A DNA stretch of 16,375 nt from NCBI GenBank assembly GCA_964626665.1, contig CAZVGK010000049.1, positions 1 through 16,375 on the forward strand. The letters run 5' to 3'. The first letter of the stretch is position 1; every line of letters begins with the position of its first letter. The stretch is from an uncultured Gemmatimonadota bacterium (GTDB lineage: Bacteria; SM23-81; DAOVCL01). The notes under the pieces are model-generated. The model saw nothing but the letters and a program-made list of their open reading frames with translations, was not told where the DNA came from and did no database searches. A program made the position numbers and the translations under genes. Below, piece after piece: positions 1 through 7,242 of this stretch.

Positions 1-50
1 GTCAAGAGAAATGTCGTTTAATTTCCTTTATATTACAATTTAGCCGATAG

Positions 51-728
51 TCATGCAATAGCAGAAACGTAATCGCCTTTGTAGATGCGCAGTCCGTTCG
101 ATGGTTGGAGTTCATAGGGGCCGGAGAGCGCGCCATTAGGCCAGGTGCGGATCACAGGACAGTCGTCCCAGGGATCCAGAAAAAGTAAATCGGTCATTTC
201 ATTCCCATCACCCCCGTATCCGATGAAAACCATAAAATGCCCCGATGTGCCATATATTACATGCCCAATAACAGGATGACCATCATCTATTTCTTCCCGT
301 ATTTTCTGGAGATATTCGCCTCCTGGACATTGACTTGGAGACAGGGCATGGTAAGTGAAATCTAAATGTGTGTAATTGGAGGCCTCTTCCCAATCTAAAC
401 AACAACCCCCACCGCACCAGTTGAAATGTGGTAACCATGCATTTAGTTGCCCTGGGTCATGGTTAGGATTATTTTGCGTTGGCGCTTCTGTGACTCCGTA
501 GGCTGCAAAAATCATGCTTGCAGATGTAATGGCACACCCAATATCCCACATATACTCATTACACGTTCCTTCAGGATGCGCGGAAGGATTAACCAATACA
601 TTGCCCCAGTCCCACCCATGCTGCGAGAAAAATGGGACGGGCAATATCTTACCCGCTGTAGCGGTGTTAGCCGACATAAGTAAACAGGCAATCCCAACAG
701 CGAGAGCCAACAGTTTTCTTTCCTTCAT
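51..728 (-). CDS. Secreted C39-like (papain-fold) cysteine peptidase family protein
   Basis: N-terminal signal peptide (MKERKLLALAVGIACLLMSANTATA); VPFFSQ, GCAITSASM (catalytic Cys), GHFMV (His) and DPW (Asp) motifs typical of Peptidase_C39_2; SD GAAGGAGG upstream. Confidence 0.75.
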   Translation of the reverse strand: MKERKLLALAVGIACLLMSANTATAGKILPVPFFSQHGWDWGNVLVNPSAHPEGTCNEYMWDIGCAITSASMIFAAYGVTEAPTQNNPNHDPGQLNAWLPHFNWCGGGCCLDWEEASNYTHLDFTYHALSPSQCPGGEYLQKIREEIDDGHPVIGHVIYGTSGHFMVFIGYGGDGNEMTDLLFLDPWDDCPVIRTWPNGALSGPYELQPSNGLRIYKGDYVSAIA

Positions 729-953
729 AACACCTCCTTCTCATTAAAAAGCATGAAAACCCCTCAAATATCTACACTTATGTTATCTTGCGTTCGTAGC
801 ACCTCTTTCAAAACAAAAGCCACCTGTTACCCTTCTAATTACGACTTGCAAATGGATGGTGAAAAATGGGTCAAAGGGGGTCAGATCTACACATTTGACA
901 AACCGACCCTTTTCTCCCATTCTTCACGGAGCCAGCAGGTAGGCAAGTTTCCG

Positions 954-1385
954 TTATGTGCGCTCCAATAGAACTTCTCCGACGCCATAATCATAGGTAA
1001 GGCGAAAGCGGTTGATAACATCGCGGCCCAAGACCGAGGGAAGCCGCAAGATCCGAGAAACTTCCTCAGGGGGTAACTGATCAAGGTCATGTTGGGTGGC
1101 CCAAATGTTCTGCTGAAGCAAAAAGTCGCCTTCACTTGTGGCAAATGCTATCTTTACATCCCGTAAAACGAATGAACGGACGCTCCCTCCGATTCCAACA
1201 ATGGACATCTCCGCTGGCACCAGTGCCTCCAGAGGAATCCCCAGATGTCTTATATCACGATCAAGAAGCGTAGTTCTCGCTGCCCCCGTATCAGCCAAAA
1301 GCCAACTTATTCCTTCAAACCACACTGACCGAAGATGAACTGCAAAATATGGTGCATCGGCAACGAAATGGCCACGGATAATCAA
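954..1385 (-). CDS. Retropepsin-like (clan AA) aspartyl protease
   Basis: LADTGAARTTL catalytic motif, GIGG flap, VLGRDVI motif; TTG start overlaps the upstream TGA stop (TTGA). Confidence 0.8.
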   Translation of the reverse strand: MIIRGHFVADAPYFAVHLRSVWFEGISWLLADTGAARTTLLDRDIRHLGIPLEALVPAEMSIVGIGGSVRSFVLRDVKIAFATSEGDFLLQQNIWATQHDLDQLPPEEVSRILRLPSVLGRDVINRFRLTYDYGVGEVLLERT

Positions 1386-1612
1386 AGGATCATCTCCAAA
1401 TGCTCTCGCGTTATAAACTCTATACAGGTATTTGTAGGATCTGACAACTTATTCCTCAATACCATTAAATCTGGGTCACTTGCAATAACTTGATGATTCT
1501 TTACCCCAATCCACTGGTCAGCATATTTTTCAAACAAATCATCGAAATTCTCATGTACCCAAATATGATCACTTTCAAAATCAAGAATCTCCTTAGTTAA
1601 TTGCTCAGCCAT
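1382..1612 (-). CDS. DUF5678-like small protein, translationally coupled to the aspartyl protease
   Basis: 76 aa; W..ENFDDLFEKYADQWIGVKNHQVIASDPDL pattern; SD AAGGAGG; 4-nt overlap with the downstream protease gene. Confidence 0.7.
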   Translation of the reverse strand: MAEQLTKEILDFESDHIWVHENFDDLFEKYADQWIGVKNHQVIASDPDLMVLRNKLSDPTNTCIEFITREHLEMIL

Positions 1613-1660
1613 GCTAATCCTCCTTACTTTGAGTGCACACCCCTAATATAGGGGAAATAG

Positions 1661-1799
1661 GAAAATAGGGACACTTCCTATTTTCCATAGCAACCCGACT
1701 AGGCAAATGGTGAGGACAGGGCTAAAGCTCTGTCCCTACAAGGTCGATCATCGGCATCAGGAGATACCTCCCACAACTTCTACCCAGCTTTAGCTGGGG
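1661..1799. repeat. Copy 1 of a ~140-bp direct repeat built from several REP-like hairpins
   Basis: gaaaatagggacacttcctatttt...ggacagggctaaagctctgtcc...atcggcatcaggagatacctcccacaacttctacccagctttagctgggg is nearly identical to 1993-2136. Confidence 0.9.
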
Positions 1800-1869
1800 T
1801 AACCTCCTCTGGGCTTTAGCCCCATAGAGGGCCTGAAGGCCCTTGACCCGCACTAAAGTGCGGTAGAAG
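1777..1869. repeat. REPIN-like element with inverted CTTCTACC/GGTAGAAG ends
   Basis: Terminal 8-bp IR enclosing hairpins cccagctttagctggg, ggcctgaaggcc and cgcactaaagtgcg; partial copies at 1940-1985, 2114-2136, 2943-2952, 3208-3247 and 3915-3937. Confidence 0.7.
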
Positions 1870-1874
1870 CCATG

Positions 1875-1900
1875 GCTGTCAGGAGGTAACTCCTGACAGC
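1875..1900. repeat. Palindromic REP-like hairpin (GTCAG...CTGAC family)
   Basis: Perfect 11-bp stem GCTGTCAGGAG-GTAA-CTCCTGACAGC; related hairpins at 2184-2209, 3260-3283, 3856-3879, 5363-5388 and 5394-5429. Confidence 0.75.
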
Positions 1901-1992
1901 ACATTTTTATATCTGCGTAAATCTGTGGTTCGCTGTTCCCTTCTACCCAGCTTTAGCTGGGGTATCCTCTGCTTGGCCTTAGCCCTTTTGGA

Positions 1993-2136
1993 GAAAATAG
2001 GGACACTTCCTATTTTTCATAGCAACCCGACTACGCAAGCGGTGAGGACAGGGCTAAAGCTCTGTCCCAAAAGGTCGATCATCGGCATCGGGAGATGCCT
2101 CCCACAACATACACTTCTACCCGGCTTTAGCTGGGG
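1993..2136. repeat. Copy 2 of the ~140-bp mosaic direct repeat
   Basis: Aligns to 1661-1799 with a few substitutions, a 1-nt deletion and a 6-nt insertion (atacac). Confidence 0.9.
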
Positions 2137-2328
2137 GCTCCCGTTAGGTGGCAGAAACCCTCTTCTGCCCCAGTCCCCTTTTTGCTGTCAGAATCGGGGT
2201 TCTGACGGCTCAGCGGTCTGGATGTAAGTACAAACATTTAGGTCTGTCCTCTCTCTTCGGACTCCGATAAATCGAAGCCCCCACAGCCAATGGATTGAAC
2301 GGATGATCCAATTCCTTCCCGGATAGGG

Positions 2329-2688
2329 TCATTTCTTCTTTCCAGTTCGCCATATGCTTTGAATCGTATCCCGCATCACAAGTATCATACCCGGCCATTT
2401 CTCCGCTTTGAACTGGCTAATGCCTTACATTATCCTCTGATGAATTTTGATTCGATTCGGCTTCCGGAGACGCACAATCAAAATACCATGATGTAGCTGG
2501 TCACGGTATTGGGCAAATCCCTTATCAGTCGTAATTAACACTCGCCTCTCCCGCTGAACTCTCTGCCAAAGAATATCATCGAGCATACCTTCATCCTCTG
2601 TTCCTCGAATATCAAGTACATTATGGCCCTGTTTCCGTAGGGCGCTCACAGTCATCAAAGGAATATTCTCATCCACGAAGATGTTCAT
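2329..2688 (-). pseudogene. DUF5615 PIN-like (VapC45-type) toxin interrupted by an in-frame TAA at 2425-2427
   Basis: MNIFVDENIP...ITTDKGF motifs; past the stop the frame continues GISQFKAEKWPGMILVMRDTIQSIWRTGKKK* to 2329, restoring a family-typical 119 codons. Confidence 0.75.
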
Positions 2689-2690
2689 AC

Positions 2691-2912
2691 TCAGTGTTCA
2701 ATGGGGATGATTTGCTCTTCAGCAAGAGCTGCAGCATAGTTAAGACAGGCTAAAATGTCATTTCTGCTAAGCGAAGGATATTCCTTGAGAAGGTCATCAA
2801 TTTGGTCCCCGTTGGCCAGCATGCGAACAATCTGATGAACAGGAATGCGAGTGTCTTTTATACAGGCCTGTCCATGGCAGATTTTTGCATCTATTGAAAT
2901 TCGTTCATACAT
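2691..2912 (-). CDS. DUF433 putative antitoxin
   Basis: RISIDAKICHGQACIKDTRIPV...LLKEYPSL...DILACLNYAA; SD GGAGG; directly upstream of the PIN-like gene. Confidence 0.9.
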   Translation of the reverse strand: MYERISIDAKICHGQACIKDTRIPVHQIVRMLANGDQIDDLLKEYPSLSRNDILACLNYAAALAEEQIIPIEH

Positions 2913-2966
2913 ACTGCACCTCCCGGAAAGTACAGGATAAAAGCGGTAGAAGTTTCTGATACAGCC

Positions 2967-3012
2967 AAAGAAAAACCGACCTGCTCAGCTTTGACATTAT
3001 GACAGATCGGCT
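2967..3012 (-). terminator. Rho-independent terminator of unit A
   Basis: Stem AGCCGATCTG / CAGGTCGGTT followed by TTTCTTT on the minus strand. Confidence 0.65.
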
Positions 3013-3143
3013 GTTTTTTTCTTGGACTCCAGCTCTAAAATAACTGCTAAAGAGCTATCGCTTTTTGCCTCCCGATTCTCCTCCACCCAATCCTGTTTTT
3101 TTAGAAAGGCAAGGTTTTTCGGCATCAGGAGTTTCCTTAAGGA
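2967..3143 (-). ncRNA. Structured leader/ncRNA unit A, divergent c-di-GMP-I (GEMM-I)-like, ending in an intrinsic terminator
   Basis: Minus strand CTGATGCCGAAAA...GGAGGCAAAAAGCGATAGCTC...ACAGCCGATCTGTC...GCAGGTCGGTTTTT; stems TTGCCTTTC/GGGAGGCAA, AGCTCT/AGAGCT and TGG-AGT-CCA; paralogous to 3305-3475. Confidence 0.45.
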
Positions 3144-3149
3144 CACTTA

Positions 3150-3178
3150 AAGATAATGAATCACACCTCACCTGTCAA
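3150..3178 (-). promoter_or_regulatory. Sigma70-type promoter driving unit A
   Basis: TTGACA (3178-3173), 17-nt spacer, TATCTT (3155-3150). Confidence 0.7.
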
Positions 3179-3304
3179 GACCTTTCTCCCTGCCGACCTT
3201 GGTAAAGGCCCTAAAGACCCTCAACCTGCATTAAAGTGTGGTAGAATCTAAGTCCTAAACCGTCAAGCGGGAGCCCTGACGGCACTGAGCCTTGCGATGC
3301 GACC

Positions 3305-3352
3305 AAAAACAAAAACCGACCTGCTTTAAATTAGTCCTTCGGCAGCTCGGCT
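3305..3352 (-). terminator. Rho-independent terminator of unit B overlapping the aptamer-like 3' strand
   Basis: Stem AGCCGAGCTGC / GCAGGTCGGTT (one mismatch) followed by TTTGTTTTT. Confidence 0.65.
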
Positions 3353-3475
3353 GTCTCGGTTATTGAACTTCAACTCAAGAATGCATCCTTGAGCACCGTG
3401 GCTTCGTCCTTCTTCATTCCCTTTCACTACACCTCGTTTTGCAAGGGAATTCCTCGTCTTTATCATCAGAATCTG
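3305..3475 (-). ncRNA. Structured leader/ncRNA unit B, c-di-GMP-I (GEMM-I)-like P3 with a remodelled P2, ending in an intrinsic terminator
   Basis: GGACGAAGCCACGGTGCTC ... GAGACAGCCGAGCTGCCGAA resembles the GEMM-I 3' half and self-pairs; further stems ATTCCCTT/AAGGGAAT, CTCAAG/CTTGAG and TTGA-AGT-TCAA. Confidence 0.55.
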
Positions 3476-3481
3476 ATATTG

Positions 3482-3509
3482 AAGATAGCAAATCTTTCTG
3501 CTTTGTCAA
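3482..3509 (-). promoter_or_regulatory. Sigma70-type promoter driving unit B
   Basis: TTGACA (3509-3504), 16-nt spacer ending in TGC (extended -10 TGn), TATCTT (3487-3482). Confidence 0.65.
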
Positions 3510-3534
3510 GGTTTTTTTATGACTGAGCCAACAA

Positions 3535-3722
3535 GCTCGAATTATTCATAAATTCGCCTAACATCTCGAATCGTCAATAATTTTTTATTGTAGGAACTCC
3601 GCCTTAGCGGAGTCTGAAGGAAGCGGACAGACCTGAAGGTCTGTCCCTACAGGGTAAATACATAAACCCCTAAAACTGAAAAGGTTATACCAATTGGTTA
3701 TCAGTTTGTGAACAATCCGGGC
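3535..3722. mobile_element. MITE-like segment bounded by imperfect 18-bp inverted repeats
   Basis: gctcgaattattcataaa (3535-3552) matches the reverse complement of tttgtgaacaatccgggc (3705-3722) at 14/18; a related solo end lies at 5274-5291. Confidence 0.45.
3590..3650. repeat. Inverted pair of GTAG-type REP sequences (REPIN-like)
   Basis: GTAGGA-ACTCCGC-ctta-GCGGAGT on plus and GTAG-GGACAGACC-ttca-GGTCTGTCC on minus; related hairpins at 1714-1739 and 2046-2067. Confidence 0.75.
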
Positions 3723-3738
3723 AAGGTTGCCATAGTTG

Positions 3739-3818
3739 GAGAAGGGAGAGGGTTAGGATAAGGGGGAATCAACAGAATTTTCACCCTCTCCTTAGTCCTC
3801 CCCCATCAAGGGGGAGGA
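3739..3818. repeat. Degenerate inverted pair of ccctctcc...gggagaggg-type palindromic repeats
   Basis: gagaagggagagggttaggataaggggg and tcaccctctccttagtcctcccccatcaagggggagg. Confidence 0.5.
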
Positions 3819-3940
3819 AATTGTTCGGAGAGCATTGGTAGTCATCACTTTCCTCCGTCAGAACAGGGGTTCTGACGGCTCGGAGAGAGGACCTGACCGC
3901 TCAGCCGGTGTAACCACGCACTAAAGTGCGGTAGAAGTTG

Positions 3941-4028
3941 GAGATTGCTTCGCCCCGATTTTCATCGGGACTCGCAATGACCGGTAAGAGAATCGCCATT
4001 GCGAGGAGTGAAGCGATCAGACAACCTT
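3941..4028. repeat. Inverted pair of GTCATTGCGAG...GCAATCTC-type palindromic elements
   Basis: gagattgcttcgccccgattttcatcgggactcgcaatgac followed by gccattgcgaggagtgaagcgatcagacaacct. Confidence 0.6.
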
Positions 4029-4170
4029 TTCGTCATTGGGATTGCGGCATTGGCTTAAGGCCCACCCCAAAGTGCGACAGAATCTTCGTCCGTCTGCGTG
4101 AATCAGCGTTGATCTGCGGTCCCCTTCGTCATTCGGATTTCGTCAATCTCTCTGTCTCCCTTCCATAGCC

Positions 4171-5148
4171 TTAACGAAGCTTAGTCAGCTCATCCTGGGG
4201 AAAGAGGGGGAGATCACCTCCATCCTCCCATCTTACCCTTTCCCCCTCTACCCTTCCAATAACTGCGCAGGGAATACCCTCATCCTCTAAGGCATCAATT
4301 ACCCCAGGGGCATCCTGGGGGGAGAGGGCGACAAGCAGGGAGCCGGAGGCAATGAGGCCCAATGGGTCAAGCCCAAATTCCTGGCAGAGAAGCCTGGTCT
4401 CCTCCAGAATGGGCAATGCTTCCCTCTGCACCTTTATCCCCACCTGAGAGGCCGAGGAGAGTTCCCAAAGTGCTGTGGCTATCCCTCCCTCCGTGGGGTC
4501 GTGCATAGCGTGAACCCGAGCAACCTTGGAGACCAGCCGTGCCTCCTTAACGATGCTTATCCCCGGCTCTACCAAGAAGTTTTGGCATCTGTGGACAAAT
4601 TCCTCCCCATATTTCCCCTCTAACTCTGCCTCTCTCTCCCTGGCAATTATGGCCGTGCCCTCGATGGCTATCCCCTTGGTCAAGAGGAGGAGGTCGCCTT
4701 CCTCTGCCCCAGAGGAGGTAACCAGCTTATCCTTAGCCACTTCCCCCAACATCTGGCCGATGAGAATAGGCCTTTTTACCCCGTCGGTGATCTCCGTATG
4801 GCCGCCGCAGAGGACCACTCCTAACCTCTGGCCTGCTTCATAAACCTGGGAGAATATCCTCTCGGCCATCCCTTCAACCTCGGCCACCTGCGGCAGGAGA
4901 AGGGTGGCCAGAAACCACCTCGGCTCTGCCCCCATCACCGCCACATCGTTGGCATTGACCTCCACCCCATAGGTCCCTAGCTCCCCCGTGGTCAAGGTCA
5001 CCGGATCGGTGGCGGCCACCAAGAACCTATCACCCATATCGATTACCGCGGCATCCTCCCCGATCCGGGGGCCCACCACCACCCGAGGATCTGGGGGACA
5101 AAACTTCTTGAGGAGGCCAGCCAAGACCTGGGGATCGAGCTTCCCCAA
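4171..5148 (-). CDS. AIR synthase-related (PurM/HypE-like) family protein
   Basis: LGKL, GPRIGEDAAV, TDP, NANDVAVMGAEPRW, GGHTE, MHDPTEGG and GSLL motifs; start reassigned to TTG 5148 behind GGAGG (ORF track start 5262 looks over-extended). Confidence 0.85.
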   Translation of the reverse strand: MGKLDPQVLAGLLKKFCPPDPRVVVGPRIGEDAAVIDMGDRFLVAATDPVTLTTGELGTYGVEVNANDVAVMGAEPRWFLATLLLPQVAEVEGMAERIFSQVYEAGQRLGVVLCGGHTEITDGVKRPILIGQMLGEVAKDKLVTSSGAEEGDLLLLTKGIAIEGTAIIAREREAELEGKYGEEFVHRCQNFLVEPGISIVKEARLVSKVARVHAMHDPTEGGIATALWELSSASQVGIKVQREALPILEETRLLCQEFGLDPLGLIASGSLLVALSPQDAPGVIDALEDEGIPCAVIGRVEGERVRWEDGGDLPLFPQDELTKLR

Positions 5149-5162
5149 TTTAGGCCTCCGCC

Positions 5163-5258
5163 CTACAGCCCCAGGGGAACCTGCTTTCCCTCTTCTCCTT
5201 TGGGAACCCAAACCTTCCCCCTTTCGATGATGTGCACCACCTCCCAACCTTCCCTCCT
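5163..5258 (-). pseudogene. C-terminal remnant of a probable DUF488-family gene
   Basis: A different frame reads RREGWEVVHIIERGKVWVPKGEEGKQVPLGL*, with no start codon; it is truncated next to the repeat cluster at 5274-5429. Confidence 0.4.
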
Positions 5259-5393
5259 TCAACCCCGAACTTAGCCCGCATTATTCATAAGTTCGTACTC
5301 AGATCCTGCGACTCGCCAATGACTGAACGGCCAGATACCCTCATCTGACTGGCCCCACACGAGCCGTCAGGTGCCCCCATCTGACGGCAAGAG

Positions 5394-5429
5394 AGCGAGG
5401 TGGCAGAATCGGGGTTCTGCCACCTCGCT
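5394..5429. repeat. Perfect 15-bp-stem hairpin downstream of polX (REP-like; may also act as a terminator)
   Basis: agcgaggtggcagaa-tcgggg-ttctgccacctcgct. Confidence 0.7.
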
Positions 5430-5523
5430 TTGATTTAATAGCCGCTCCGATAAATTCTTTCTTTCACTTTGCATTTTTCAATTCGTATTCTGCATTTTGC
5501 ATTAAGCCATTGCGCTTACCCTC

Positions 5524-7242
5524 TTATCCACCTCTGGTCTTCAGCCAGGCCAAAAGCCTCTCCAACGGCCAGGTATTTAAAAGCTGAGCAGGGCCTACCC
5601 ATCCTCTCCTAGCCACGGCCACTCCCAGCTTCATCATCCAAAGCTGGTCGATATGGTGGGCATCCGTGCCGATAGAGAGCTTCACTCCCTGTTCCTGGGC
5701 CCTGCGGCAGTTGACATCACTCAGATCCAACCTATCATAGTAGGCGTTGATCTCTAAGGCAGTCCCGGTCTCCGCGGCCACCGAGAAAACCTCCCCCAAA
5801 TCTAAGCTGTATCCCTCCCGGCTGGAGATAAGCCTTCCTGTGGGATGGGCGATGATGTCCACATTAGGGTTCTCTAAGGCGGCCACTATCCTCCTGGTGA
5901 TTAGCTCCTCGGGCTGCTTAAACCCGGTGTGCACCGCGGCCACCACCAGATCCAACCTCTCCAAGAGCTCATCGGGATAGTCTAAGCTTCCATCTGTTTT
6001 TATATCCACCTCCGTACCGGAGAGGGTCCTAACCCCCTCGACCTCCCGGTTTACCCTCTCTATCTCCTCCAACTTCTTGGCCATATCCTCCAGGGAGACC
6101 CCCCCAGCGAACTTCAAGGACTGGGAGTGATCGCAGATGGCTATATACTCATAGTCCATCTCCCGGGCCCTGAGGGCAAGCTCCCTAATGGTGGCCGTGC
6201 CATCGCTCCACCTGGAGTGAACATGTAAATCCCCTTTGATCTGCTCCCCCTCCACCAACTGCGGGATCTTCCCTTCCTGGGCAGCTTCTATCTCCCCCCG
6301 ATCCTCCCGCAACTCCGGAGGAATATAGCTCAAACCCAGGATGGAGTAAATATCCTCCTCCCTCTCTCCCCCCAACCTCTCCTCCCCGCGGAAGATGCCA
6401 TACTCAGATATTTTCATCCCCCGCGATTTGGCTATCTCCCTCAGGTGGATGTTGTGGGCCTTGGAGCCGGTGAAATACTGCAAAGCCGAGCCATAGGAGT
6501 TCTGGGGCACAACCCTCAGGTCAACCTGAATCCCGCCCTCGGCGATGATGCTCCCCTTGGTCTCCCCCCTGGCCAGCACATCCCTCACCCCGGGGCTGGA
6601 GGTAAAGGCCTCGATTATCCTCCCTCCATCAGTGCCTGTGGTCAAGATGTCGATGTCCCCCACCGTCTCCTTCCTGCGGCGGAGGCTGCCGGCTGGATAT
6701 ATCTGGTTTACCTGCGCCCTCTCCTGCAGATCAGCGACGACCCTTTCCACCAGAGGGAGAGCCACGCCCAGGGGGATCCTCTTGCCCGCTTCCCGCAATA
6801 GCTTTATCCCTCTGAGAATATTCTCCTCCTTCTTTGCCCCCAACCCGGGAAGGTCCCGCAGCCTGCCCTCCTGCACCGCCTTCTCCAGGTCCTCTATGTT
6901 CTCAATCCCCAATTTCTTATAGACCAGGGCTGTGGTCTTGGGCCCCATCCCCGGGATGCCCAGCAACCTGATGAGGTCGTCAGGGATATCCTTCCTCACC
7001 TCCTCATACTTGGTCATCTTGCCCGTCTCCAGGTATTCGGCGATCTTCTTGGCAATGCCCTCCCCCACACCGGGGATGGAGCGCAATCTCCCCTCCTGAT
7101 GGATGATCTCAATATCCTCGGTGAGATCCTGCAGCACCCTGGCGGCCTTGCGATAGGCATTCACCCGAAAGCTGCTATCCCCCTTAAACTCTAAGATATC
7201 ACCTATTTTCTCAAATATCTCGGAGAGCTCCCTGTTCTTCAT
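5524..7242 (-). CDS. polX: DNA polymerase X / PHP 3'-5' exonuclease
   Basis: FRVNAYRKAA, HhH motifs, AGSLRRRKETVGDIDIL (DxD intact), YFTGSKAHN; PHP motifs DLHVHS, DHS, AHPTGR, GTDAH. Confidence 0.97.
   Translation of the reverse strand: MKNRELSEIFEKIGDILEFKGDSSFRVNAYRKAARVLQDLTEDIEIIHQEGRLRSIPGVGEGIAKKIAEYLETGKMTKYEEVRKDIPDDLIRLLGIPGMGPKTTALVYKKLGIENIEDLEKAVQEGRLRDLPGLGAKKEENILRGIKLLREAGKRIPLGVALPLVERVVADLQERAQVNQIYPAGSLRRRKETVGDIDILTTGTDGGRIIEAFTSSPGVRDVLARGETKGSIIAEGGIQVDLRVVPQNSYGSALQYFTGSKAHNIHLREIAKSRGMKISEYGIFRGEERLGGEREEDIYSILGLSYIPPELREDRGEIEAAQEGKIPQLVEGEQIKGDLHVHSRWSDGTATIRELALRAREMDYEYIAICDHSQSLKFAGGVSLEDMAKKLEEIERVNREVEGVRTLSGTEVDIKTDGSLDYPDELLERLDLVVAAVHTGFKQPEELITRRIVAALENPNVDIIAHPTGRLISSREGYSLDLGEVFSVAAETGTALEINAYYDRLDLSDVNCRRAQEQGVKLSIGTDAHHIDQLWMMKLGVAVARRGWVGPAQLLNTWPLERLLAWLKTRGG

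Noticed and set aside
1661-2210. Possible CRISPR array
   Set aside because: Repeats are heterogeneous hairpins with irregular spacing and duplicated rather than unique spacers; no cas genes are present
1722-2398. ORFs 1722-1904, 1925-2227 and 2210-2398
   Set aside because: They run through palindromic repeats or overlap the PIN read-through tail in another frame; no recognisable motif or SD
2425-2427. Selenocysteine or pyrrolysine recoding of the internal stop
   Set aside because: The codon is TAA rather than TGA or TAG, and other genes in the window use TAA as a normal stop
3440-3470. CTGATGA as a hammerhead ribozyme core
   Set aside because: No properly placed stem II plus GAAA and stem I/III pairing found; unit A has CTGATGC at the equivalent position
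3938-4168. 76-aa plus-strand ORF
   Set aside because: It is a translation of palindromic repeat elements
4171-5148. Calling this gene hypE, selD or thiL
   Set aside because: Only family-level PurM-like motifs are visible; it lacks the HypE C-terminal PRIC and the SelD N-terminal Cys/Sec motif
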